This document shows positions 39,625-52,691 of a stretch of DNA of 64,000 nucleotides, one piece after another. Source of the DNA: Anaerolineae bacterium (lineage in GTDB: Bacteria > Chloroflexota > Anaerolineae > B4-G1 > DUEL01); assembly GCA_016931695.1 (NCBI GenBank), contig JAFGEI010000025.1:7266-71265 (forward strand), read 5' to 3'. The stretch's first letter is position 1. Every line of letters starts with the position of its first letter. The notes beneath the pieces are model-generated. The model saw only the letters and a program-made list of their open reading frames with translations. It was not told the origin of the DNA and did not search any database. The position numbers were made by a program, and so were the translations under genes.

Positions 39625-40774
39625 AGTGGTCGCGGGGTTTGTGACCCGCTACGGCCAGCCGCCGGACGTGGTGGTGCGGGCGCCGGGACGGGTCAACCTG
39701 CTGGGCGGGCACACCGATTACAACGAGGGCTATGTGCTGCCGGCAGCCATCGACCGCGCGGCCTGGGTGGCAGCAGCGGTGAGGACGGATCGGCAATCCC
39801 GCGTGCTCGCCCTCGACCGGGAGGAGGAAGCGGTTTTCGACCTGGACGCGATCGCTCCCCGGCAGGGAAATTGGAGCGACTATCCCCGCGGCGTTGCCTG
39901 GGCGCTGTCCGAGCGGGGGCTGGCGCTGCCCGCAATCGACGCCAGCCTGGCCTCCGACGTGCCGGTCGGGGCCGGGCTCTCTTCCTCTGCCGCCGTGGAA
40001 GTGGCCTTTGCCTGGGCGTGGCGCACGCTAGCCGGATTCGACCTGGACCGCATCTCCCTGGCCCTGGCCTGCCAGCAAGCGGAAAACGACTATGTGGGGG
40101 TTCGCTGTGGCGTGATGGACCAGGTGGCCTCGGCCTGTGGGCGGGCCGGCCATGCCTTGCTGCTCGACTGCCGAACGCTGCAGGTGGACCCGGTGCTGCT
40201 GCCAGAGACCGCCGCCATTGTCGTGGCCGATAGCCGCGTGAGGCGGTCGCTGGCTGCCTCCGAGTACAACCGCCGCCGCCAGGAGTGCGAGGAGGTGGTG
40301 CGGCAGCTCCAGCGGGAGCTGCCGCATGTCCGGTCGCTGCGGGACGTCTCGCCGGAGACGTTGGCGCAATGGGCGCACCGACTGCCCGTCGAGCTGTACC
40401 GTCGCGCTCGCCACGTCGTGACCGGCAACGCCCGCGTTTTGACGGCGGCGGCAGCGCTGCGATGCGGGGATTTGGCCGCGCTGGGGGAAGCGATGCGCCG
40501 CTGTCACGAGAGCCTGCGCGACGACTACCAGGTCAGCTCGCCGGAGCTGGACCTGTTAGCAGAGACAGCGTGGTCGGTTGGGGGATGTTACGGGGCCCGC
40601 CTCACCGGGGCCGGCTTTGGCGGCTGCGTCGTCGCCGTGGTGGATTCGGGAGCGGCCGGCAATCTCGTCGAATGCCTGAAGCGGGCGTTTCGAGATCACT
40701 TTGGCCAGCTCCCCGCCGCCTACACCTGCCACTCTGCCGACGGGGTGACCGCACAAGCCGCGTTGACTGGCTGA
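39605..40774 (+). CDS. galK: Galactokinase
   Basis: GRVNLLGGHTDYNEG, GAGLSSSAA and GARLTGAGFGGC are GHMP kinase and galactokinase signatures. Confidence 0.9.
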   Translation: MMSIRDKVVAGFVTRYGQPPDVVVRAPGRVNLLGGHTDYNEGYVLPAAIDRAAWVAAAVRTDRQSRVLALDREEEAVFDLDAIAPRQGNWSDYPRGVAWALSERGLALPAIDASLASDVPVGAGLSSSAAVEVAFAWAWRTLAGFDLDRISLALACQQAENDYVGVRCGVMDQVASACGRAGHALLLDCRTLQVDPVLLPETAAIVVADSRVRRSLAASEYNRRRQECEEVVRQLQRELPHVRSLRDVSPETLAQWAHRLPVELYRRARHVVTGNARVLTAAAALRCGDLAALGEAMRRCHESLRDDYQVSSPELDLLAETAWSVGGCYGARLTGAGFGGCVVAVVDSGAAGNLVECLKRAFRDHFGQLPAAYTCHSADGVTAQAALTG

Positions 40775-40789
40775 GCAGCTGGCGGGCGG

Positions 40790-45274
<4,485 letters not shown>

Positions 45275-45500
45275 GGTTCCTCCATACTTCCCGATTTATA
45301 TCGGCGGTAACGACCGCTTTCCCTTCTCCGGTCGTGGGAAGGCATGCGGGTGAAAGGGACGTGTCGTTACCCGGCGCGCAAAGACAAAGCGCCTGCCGAG
45401 CACCGCCGCGCTTTTTCAAGTGACAGGGATGGTCTCTCATCGGAATCTACATTATAGCCATAGAAGGCGATTTTGTCAAGGTTTTGCTGCATTAGCTTTT

Positions 45501-48500
45501 TCAGTTGAGGGGCAAACCGTCGCGGATGCGGCGGTAGAGGGCGGTGGTTTCGGACGAGGGGTCGATGTCCAGCTCGTACTGCAGGGCATCGATGCACCGC
45601 TGGTACTGGGCAAGGGCATGGCCGCGTTCCCCGCAGAGAGCGTAGGCGCGCATCAGTTGGCGGTAAAAACTCTCCCGCAGGTTGTCCATCTCTAATCCCC
45701 GGCAGAGTATTTGGATGGCGGTGCGGTATTGGCGCTTGGCCAGCAGCCGTCCGGCAAGTTCGTCGATGGCCGCCAGGCACTGCTCGCGCAGCGCTTCCCG
45801 GCGCATGAGACACCAGTCGGTATAGCAGTCTTCGAGAAAGTCCGCCTTGTAGAGCTGAGTGGCCTGCTGCAGCTTTTCCGCGCGCCGGCCAAGTTTCGAA
45901 TCGTTGAGCAGGTTCTCAAAGGCTTTGACGTCGAACCAGTATTCGAGATCGGGATGGATGGAGTACAGGTGCAGGTGGTGGTCAAAGTAGAGCGCCTCCT
46001 GGCGCAGCGCCCGATTGAGGCGGGATTTTGTGGAGTGAAATGTTGCCTTGACCTTGTGCGGCGGTAAATCCGGCCATAGCGCGGCAGCAATTTGATCCCG
46101 CGAGCGCGGCGCGTGGGTCAGCAGGTAGAAGAACAGGTGGCGCGCGGATGCTGCTTCCCACTCGGACAAGGTGATCTCGGCCCCGTCCCGTTCCACTCGC
46201 CCGTGCCCAAAACCAAAGATACGCAATTTATTTTGCTTCTCTACCGGCGGGAGAAACTGCTTCAAGACCGCCTGTGCAGTTTGTTCCATGCTCCGCATCT
46301 GCTCCAACGATGACGCCAGCAGGTCGCCGCCAATCCCCTGCTCACAGGCGCGTTCCAGAAGCGGCATCTGGTATCGCCCTTCGACGACAAAAAGAGGTTG
46401 CTGCTGCTGCTGGGGGTCGATCGTTTCGAACAATTCCTCCAGGCTGTTCAGCGCCTCTTGCTCTTGTCCTGTGGCAAACAAGGCGCAGGCGGCAAAGAAC
46501 CGCGCGCGGGCCAGTTCGCCCTGGGCTCCGATTTGGGCTAGCTGCTCGCAGGCAGCGGACAAAGTCGCCGTTCCAGTTTCGACCTCTCCCATCTCGACCT
46601 GGACGAGCCCTAGCGAGGCGCTATATCGGCCAAGCTGGTAGGGTGATTTTTGCTGCGCGGCAAGATCGAGGCCCTGTCGAATTGCCTGGCACGCCGCGGC
46701 CCGGTCGCCCTGGCAGCGATAGATCAACCCCAGCGTTTCTCGCCCGTACGCGGCAAGAAATTTGTGCTCCAACTCGTCGGCAATTGTCAGCCCCAGGGTA
46801 CAAAACTCGGCCGCCCGGGCCAACACCCCGAGGTCGCGCAGCAGTTCTCCCAGGCTGAGCAGCGTTCCGCCCTCCACTTGCCGGTAGCCGGACTGGCGGG
46901 CCAGTTCCAATGCCTCCAAGAGCAGGGGCAGCGATTCGCTGTACCGTCCCATTGTGTAGAGGCAAAAACCCACGTCGTTGAGGGCAATTGCCAGAGCGGA
47001 CGGATTGCCCAGCTGCCGCCGCATGGCAACCGCTTCCCGCTGCACGACGACCGCTTCTCTCAACTGCCCCTGCCGCTGCAGGCACGCCCCCAGCGCGAGA
47101 CGGGCAGAGGACTGGTCGAAGGGGTCGGCCTCTACCTGGGCGCAGTGGATGGCTTGCTGCAGGTGGTATTCGGCCTCTGCCAGCCGTCCCAGCGCCATGC
47201 AGGAGCGGCCGATGATGCGGTGCGCCTCGTACGTCACGGGGACGTTGGCCTCCTGGACCATCGCCAGGACCTCCCGGCCCAATTTGAGCGCATCCTCGTA
47301 CCGTCCCCGCCCCAACCAGAGCTGGCAGCGCAGCAGCTGGGCGTATGCCAGCCCTTGCGCGTCGGCAAGCGTCCGATAACCGCTCTCGGCAGTTTCGATC
47401 AGGGCGAGGGACTGCTCCATCTGCCCCAGAGCGTCGGCGGCGCGGGCAGAGAACAGGGCCAGGCGGGGAAAGCGTTCGCGCAGTGCTTCCGGCAGCGCCA
47501 ATGCCCAGGCCACCAGCGTGTCCAGGCGCCCGGTTTCGTGCATCCGCTTGGCCGCCGACTCCATCACTTTTCCGGCCTGGGCGTGCGCCTGCACGATAAG
47601 GTAGTGATGGACCGCCTCTTCAGGTTGGTCATAGGCCTCGAACCAGCGGGCGGCGCGGTGGTGCGCTGTGGCCCACTCGCTTTCCCGCTCGCGCTTGAAT
47701 TTTTCCTGGAGAAACTTTTGCATCAGGTGGTGATACTTGTACCAGCCCTGCTCCAGGCACGTCACGAACAAGTTCTGCTTCTCGATCAGGGTCAGCAGTT
47801 TGTCCGCTTCTGCCAGCCCCAGCGCCTCCCGGCAGAGATCCGGGTTCATGGCCTGCAAGGTCGAGGAGGCGAGGAGGAAATCCTTTACCGCGGGCTGTTG
47901 GTGGATCAAGACTTCCTGGGCCAGGTACTCGTAGACAGACTGCTCCAGGGGGGGGATGCGCAGCGCGGGCACTGTGCCCCCCGCGCCCGCGGCGTGGGCG
48001 GCGAGGAGGATGCAGGCGATCCATCCCTCCGACTGCTGCGCCAGCTCCGCGGCCTGTTGCTCGCTGAGAGAGAGATCAAAGTTCTGCGCCAGCAGCCGCT
48101 GGATCTCGTCGGCGCGAAAGCTGAGCGCCTCCTGGTCGATGTAGCCCACCTCGTAGCGCGCCGCCAGCCGCACCAGCGGCGCCAGGTTGGGCGCGGTACG
48201 ACCCGCCGTGACCACCAGAAACTGGCCCTGTTGGTAGTGCAACAGGCGCTGGAGGATCGCATCGACCTCGGGTGCACGTGCCAGGTGGTGGTAGTCGTCC
48301 AGTACCAACACGAACCAGTGCGGGACAACCTCGATCACCTCGTTGAGCAGTGCGTCGACGATGCCGGGCGCGCCGTGGGAGAGGTCCTGCTGCCCTTTCA
48401 GCACCTGGTGAGTGCGCGCGCCAAAGTCGGGGAAGCGGTGCTGCAGGCTGAGCAGCAGGTGTTCCAAAAAGATGTACGGGTCGCGGTCCTCGGGGTCCAG

Positions 48501-48701
48501 GCTGTACCAGCACACGGGGGCTTCCAGGTGGTGGGCAAAGTCGACCAGCAGCGTTGTCTTGCCGTAGCCGGCCGGGGCGGAGACGGTGATCAGCTTGCGG
48601 TCGGTCAGGTCGTAGAGCAGGCTGAGCAGCCGCTGGCGGGTGAGGAGGGATTCGCGTCGTTGGGGGAGCAGGACCTTGGTGACCAGCGGCGAGAGGGACA
48701 T
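45501..48701 (-). CDS. STAND-type NTPase transcriptional regulator with inverted SARP architecture (P-loop NTPase, TPR array, C-terminal OmpR-type wHTH plus BTAD)
   Basis: N-terminal Walker A APAGYGKTT with hhhhDD Walker B VLVLDDYH. A long middle region carries TPR-like repeats. The C-terminus has LRIFGFGHGRVERDGAEI...ASARHLFFYLLTHAPRSRDQIAAALWPD (wHTH) followed by LRESFYRQLMRAYALCGERGHALAQYQRCIDALQYELDIDPSSETTALYRRI (BTAD). Confidence 0.8.
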   Translation of the reverse strand: MSLSPLVTKVLLPQRRESLLTRQRLLSLLYDLTDRKLITVSAPAGYGKTTLLVDFAHHLEAPVCWYSLDPEDRDPYIFLEHLLLSLQHRFPDFGARTHQVLKGQQDLSHGAPGIVDALLNEVIEVVPHWFVLVLDDYHHLARAPEVDAILQRLLHYQQGQFLVVTAGRTAPNLAPLVRLAARYEVGYIDQEALSFRADEIQRLLAQNFDLSLSEQQAAELAQQSEGWIACILLAAHAAGAGGTVPALRIPPLEQSVYEYLAQEVLIHQQPAVKDFLLASSTLQAMNPDLCREALGLAEADKLLTLIEKQNLFVTCLEQGWYKYHHLMQKFLQEKFKRERESEWATAHHRAARWFEAYDQPEEAVHHYLIVQAHAQAGKVMESAAKRMHETGRLDTLVAWALALPEALRERFPRLALFSARAADALGQMEQSLALIETAESGYRTLADAQGLAYAQLLRCQLWLGRGRYEDALKLGREVLAMVQEANVPVTYEAHRIIGRSCMALGRLAEAEYHLQQAIHCAQVEADPFDQSSARLALGACLQRQGQLREAVVVQREAVAMRRQLGNPSALAIALNDVGFCLYTMGRYSESLPLLLEALELARQSGYRQVEGGTLLSLGELLRDLGVLARAAEFCTLGLTIADELEHKFLAAYGRETLGLIYRCQGDRAAACQAIRQGLDLAAQQKSPYQLGRYSASLGLVQVEMGEVETGTATLSAACEQLAQIGAQGELARARFFAACALFATGQEQEALNSLEELFETIDPQQQQQPLFVVEGRYQMPLLERACEQGIGGDLLASSLEQMRSMEQTAQAVLKQFLPPVEKQNKLRIFGFGHGRVERDGAEITLSEWEAASARHLFFYLLTHAPRSRDQIAAALWPDLPPHKVKATFHSTKSRLNRALRQEALYFDHHLHLYSIHPDLEYWFDVKAFENLLNDSKLGRRAEKLQQATQLYKADFLEDCYTDWCLMRREALREQCLAAIDELAGRLLAKRQYRTAIQILCRGLEMDNLRESFYRQLMRAYALCGERGHALAQYQRCIDALQYELDIDPSSETTALYRRIRDGLPLN

Positions 48702-48765
48702 GGGCTACCGTCTGCGGCGCGGGCTGCCGGCGGGGTGGTTGTCCCGGTCGGTGGGGTGCATTGTC

Positions 48766-51700
48766 CTATTCGGGCTGTCGTTCCACATAGATGGTGACGA
48801 CCTGCGATTCGGCCTGGTTGCCCGCCGCGTCATAGACCACCGCCCGGAAGCGTTGTGCACCCAGCGCGGAGAGAATCCAGTTGACGTTGTAGGGCGGGAA
48901 ATTCCGCACCGCAAAGGGTTCTTGCTCGTCGTTGTGGTAAAACTCGACCCGGTCGATGGCATAGTTGTCGGTGACCTCGGCGTTGACGTTGACCCACTCG
49001 TCTTCTCCCAAGGTGTAGGTCTTTTCTGCTGGGGGATAGGTCAGGTTGATGGTCGGCGGCGTGTTGTCGACCGTGACCTGGATGGTGGCCTGGCGCAGCG
49101 AGAGGTCGTGGTTCACCACCGTCAGCTGCAGGCTGTACAGGCCGTCCAATCCGGTCAGGTCCCAGTACTCTAGCACGTTGTTTTCCACTTGGTTGCCGTG
49201 GTCCGGCCCGATCTGAATCCACTCGCTGGGGTTCAACCCTTCTCCAAAAGCGAGTCGATAGAAGGCGAAGGAGCCGCCGCGCGCATTGCCGATAATCTCG
49301 ATCGGGCCGCTGGAGATGTAGGCGTAGGGAGTCGGTTGGGTAATGGCCACCTCTGGGTTGACGGGTGATGGCCCATAGACCGTGTCGTATTCGGTCGGCG
49401 GCGTTGCCGGGCGGTCCTCCTCGGGCAGGCTGGCCAGCCAATCGGCGGCCTCACGCGGGTAGACGGCAAAGACCTGCTCCTCGCACAGTTCGGGCGGCGT
49501 ATAGACGGTGCAGAGCCGGCCCGTCTCCCGGTTGACGGAAAAGGTCTGGTGGATGTCGCAGCGCTCGGTCGGCGCGGTGCCGGGGATGAACAGCTCGGTG
49601 ACCGTGGGACAGTGGGCGGTGGGCAAAAGGCCGGATACGGCACAGACGCTGTGCTCTTCCAGGCCATCGGGCCGGGTGAAGGGAACGATTTCCTCGCCCT
49701 GCAAGGCGTACTCCATCACCGCGTGCCAGATGGGCGCGGCGCCTTTGGAGCCGGGCAGGTTTTCCATCTCGCTGTTGTTGCTGTTGCCCACCCAGACCCC
49801 GGTGACGATCTGGGGGGTAAAGCCGACCGTCCAGGCGTCCCGCCAGTCGTTGGTCGAGCCGGTCTTGGCCGCCGCCGGGCGGTCCTGGGAGAGCTCCAGC
49901 GGGTTGGGGGAGCCAAAGGCTTCCCAGCGAGCCCGCCGGTCGGAGAGGATGTTGGTGATCAGGTAGGCCAGCGGCGGTTCAAAAATCACCTGCTGCTGGG
50001 GTTCCGTGTACTCGTACAGTACGTTCCCATTGCGATTCTCTACCCGCAGGACCGCTACCGGGTCCAGCTCGCGATATCCCTGCAGCCGCTGCTCTGTCGG
50101 GATGGGTTGGCCGATCATCACGCCGCCGTTGGCATAGACGGTGTTGGCGTAGGTGAGGTCGAGCAAGCGCACCTCGCCGCCGCCCAGGGTGAGGCTCAGC
50201 CCGTAAAACTCGAGCCCGCGGTCGAGGCTGTTGATGCCCATCCTGTGCGCCATGCGAATGGTGTTGTCCACGCCCGCCAGCTGCAGCGCCGCAACTGCCG
50301 GGACGTTGTAGGAACGAGCCAGCGCCAGCCGCAGCCGCTGGGGGCCGTGGTAGTCCCGGTCATAGTTTTCCGGCACGTAGGGGGCCTGGCCGGGCTGCTC
50401 GAAAGCGGTTCGCACGTCCCAAAAGAGGTGGGCGGCGTTATAGCCCTGGGAGAGCAGGGTGACGTAGGTGAACGGCTTGAAAGAAGAACCGGGCTGGCGC
50501 AGTCCCAGGGCGGCGTTAAAGTGGCCGTCGATGGACTCGTCCCAGTAATCGAGGCTGCCGACCATGGTCAGGATCTCGCCGGTGCCCGGCCGGATCACCA
50601 CTACTGCAGCGTTCGACACCTGGTGATCAAAGCCGACGTCGCTGGCACGCAGGGGGGGCAGGAAGCGGGCCGCTTCGCACCCCGCCGCAATTGCCTCGTC
50701 GAGCACCTCCTGGTCGCCCTCCCCCGACAGGCGGCGGACGTGCGTCTGGGCAGCGCACTCGGCCTGCAGTTGCAGGTCATAGTCGAGGGTGGTGTATACC
50801 CGCAGGCCGCCGCGGTTGACCAGCTCGGGCCCAAACATCTCTTCCAGCTCGTTGCGCACATAGACCGAAAAGTGAGGGGCCAGGAAATCGAACTGTTCTG
50901 TCGGCGAGGCCAGCTGCCACGGCTCGACCTTGGCGGCCTCCGCTTCCGCCTCGGTGATGCAGCCCTGCAGGACCATCTGGTCCAGCACCAGGTTCTGCCG
51001 CTCGCGGGCGGCGACGGGGTTGTGGAAGGGGTTCATCCAGGGGTACTGCGGAATCGCAGCCAGCGTTGCCGCTTCGCTCAGGCTCAACTCGCTGGCTGGC
51101 TTGCCGAAATAGATTTGAGCTGCCGATTCGATACCGTACGCCATCCCGCCGTAAGAGTTGGTGTTCAGGTACCATTCCAGGATCTGTTCCTTGTCGTAGC
51201 GGCGGGTGATCTCGACTGCCAGGATCCATTCCCTGATCTTGCGGGCATAGTCCTGGAATTCGGGACCCTCGACGCTCACGATGCGGTCGGCCGGATCGAT
51301 GAGCACGTTCTTGATCAACTGCTGGGTGATCGAGGAGCCGCCCTGGATCTGTTCGCCGCGCAGGTTCGAGATCAGGGCACGCGTGATGCCGCGCGGATCG
51401 ACGCCTGGGTTCTCCCAGTACGTGCGGTCTTCGATGGCGATCGTCGCGCAGATCATGTGCTCGGGGATCTCTTCCAGCGGTGCCCAGACCCGATCCCCGG
51501 CGTTGGGATCGATCACCTCCCACAGCAATACCTGCCCCGTGCGGTCATAGATGTGCGTCGTCTCAAAGTTTTCCTCGACAAACTCGATCTGCTCCGGTTC
51601 GGGCAGGTCCTGGGCAAAGTAGGCATAGACGCCGACGACGCTGCCCACCACGCCGGATACGGAAAGCAGCATCGAGGTCAAGAGCAGCAGCAGGGACATG

Positions 51701-51801
51701 GCGACGACCTGGAGCAGGCGGCCTGGGCCCGTGCGGGCCTTGGCCCGCTTGCGCTGCCGCCGCTGCAAGGTGACGATTCGGACGATCCACTTGGGTGTCA
51801 A
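48766..51801 (-). CDS. Class A penicillin-binding protein (PBP1A; glycosyltransferase plus transpeptidase) with C-terminal Ig-like extension
   Basis: GT51 motifs EDRTYWENPGVD, GGSSITQQL and RKIREW are present. Transpeptidase motifs include SSFKP (SxxK). A roughly 250-aa C-terminal extension carries two Ig-like repeats. TTG start with RBS GGAGGT. Confidence 0.9.
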   Translation of the reverse strand: MTPKWIVRIVTLQRRQRKRAKARTGPGRLLQVVAMSLLLLLTSMLLSVSGVVGSVVGVYAYFAQDLPEPEQIEFVEENFETTHIYDRTGQVLLWEVIDPNAGDRVWAPLEEIPEHMICATIAIEDRTYWENPGVDPRGITRALISNLRGEQIQGGSSITQQLIKNVLIDPADRIVSVEGPEFQDYARKIREWILAVEITRRYDKEQILEWYLNTNSYGGMAYGIESAAQIYFGKPASELSLSEAATLAAIPQYPWMNPFHNPVAARERQNLVLDQMVLQGCITEAEAEAAKVEPWQLASPTEQFDFLAPHFSVYVRNELEEMFGPELVNRGGLRVYTTLDYDLQLQAECAAQTHVRRLSGEGDQEVLDEAIAAGCEAARFLPPLRASDVGFDHQVSNAAVVVIRPGTGEILTMVGSLDYWDESIDGHFNAALGLRQPGSSFKPFTYVTLLSQGYNAAHLFWDVRTAFEQPGQAPYVPENYDRDYHGPQRLRLALARSYNVPAVAALQLAGVDNTIRMAHRMGINSLDRGLEFYGLSLTLGGGEVRLLDLTYANTVYANGGVMIGQPIPTEQRLQGYRELDPVAVLRVENRNGNVLYEYTEPQQQVIFEPPLAYLITNILSDRRARWEAFGSPNPLELSQDRPAAAKTGSTNDWRDAWTVGFTPQIVTGVWVGNSNNSEMENLPGSKGAAPIWHAVMEYALQGEEIVPFTRPDGLEEHSVCAVSGLLPTAHCPTVTELFIPGTAPTERCDIHQTFSVNRETGRLCTVYTPPELCEEQVFAVYPREAADWLASLPEEDRPATPPTEYDTVYGPSPVNPEVAITQPTPYAYISSGPIEIIGNARGGSFAFYRLAFGEGLNPSEWIQIGPDHGNQVENNVLEYWDLTGLDGLYSLQLTVVNHDLSLRQATIQVTVDNTPPTINLTYPPAEKTYTLGEDEWVNVNAEVTDNYAIDRVEFYHNDEQEPFAVRNFPPYNVNWILSALGAQRFRAVVYDAAGNQAESQVVTIYVERQPE

Positions 51802-51925
51802 GGATTACCTCCGCACATCATCGATTGCTACTGACCCATGCATAGTAACAGAAAGTACCCAAGTTGGCAAGTGAAAGAAAATTCGCAGCTTGTAGGGGCG
51901 AGGCACCACCTCGCCCCTACAAATG

Positions 51926-52663
51926 CTACGCCTCTTTTCTCAACACCAGAAAGTGGGACAGGCCAAAAGCACGCAGCGGTGTGCGTTCCAGCGTGTAGGT
52001 CACAATGCGCAGGACGTGGGCCAGCAGGGAGGAGCGGGCAGCGAGCTTGTCGTAGCCGGGGTAGATGGGAGTGTGGTACAACGGCCGGGCCGGCAGGCCG
52101 TGGAACAGGGCGCGCAGGCTGCGCCCTGTGTAGGCCCGCACGTGCGGGGCCAGGCGACGCCGCAGCACGTCCGGCAGGTAGTTGACCAGCGGGATGTTGC
52201 CGAAACGGTACCGTCCTCGCCAGTAGATGCCGTGGGTCTCGAAGGGATAGAGGCGGTTGGGGACGAAAACGACGATGCTTCCGCCGGGCCGCGCGACCCG
52301 CACCATCTCGGCGGCGCAGGCGCGGTCGTCGTCGACGTGCTCGAGGACCTCGTGGGAAAAGACGAGGTCGAAACTACCGTCGGCAAAGGGCAGCCGCTCG
52401 CCGAGCGACTGCACGACCCCGCCGGCCCGCTCCTGCGCCTGCCGCGCCCGCTCTCGCTCCAGCTCGACGCCAAAGACGTGGGCGGTGAGCTGCTGAAAAG
52501 CAGCGGTGTACATCCCCACGCCGCAGCCGACGTCCAGCACCCGCTGCCCGGCCGCATCGGCCCAGCGGCGGACCATCTCAAAGCGCCGCTCCTGTCCCGC
52601 CTGCCAGACCAGGGAGGGGCAGCCGCGGACAGCGCGGGGGTCGTCAATGGGGGCGTGGGTCAT
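51926..52663 (-). CDS. Class I SAM-dependent methyltransferase
   Basis: The start is taken at MTHAPIDD after RBS GGAAAGGAAAAG. Motif I is VLDVGCGVGMY. The longer ORF-track start (52879) is probably spurious. Confidence 0.75.
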   Translation of the reverse strand: MTHAPIDDPRAVRGCPSLVWQAGQERRFEMVRRWADAAGQRVLDVGCGVGMYTAAFQQLTAHVFGVELERERARQAQERAGGVVQSLGERLPFADGSFDLVFSHEVLEHVDDDRACAAEMVRVARPGGSIVVFVPNRLYPFETHGIYWRGRYRFGNIPLVNYLPDVLRRRLAPHVRAYTGRSLRALFHGLPARPLYHTPIYPGYDKLAARSSLLAHVLRIVTYTLERTPLRAFGLSHFLVLRKEA

Positions 52664-52691
52664 CTTTTCCTTTCCGGGTCCCCTGGTCTTT

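Noticed and set aside
46650-51834. Two long plus-strand ORFs (46650-48797, 49549-51834) antisense to the STAND regulator and PBP1A
   Set aside because: Shadow ORFs with no motifs. Both opposite-strand genes are well supported.
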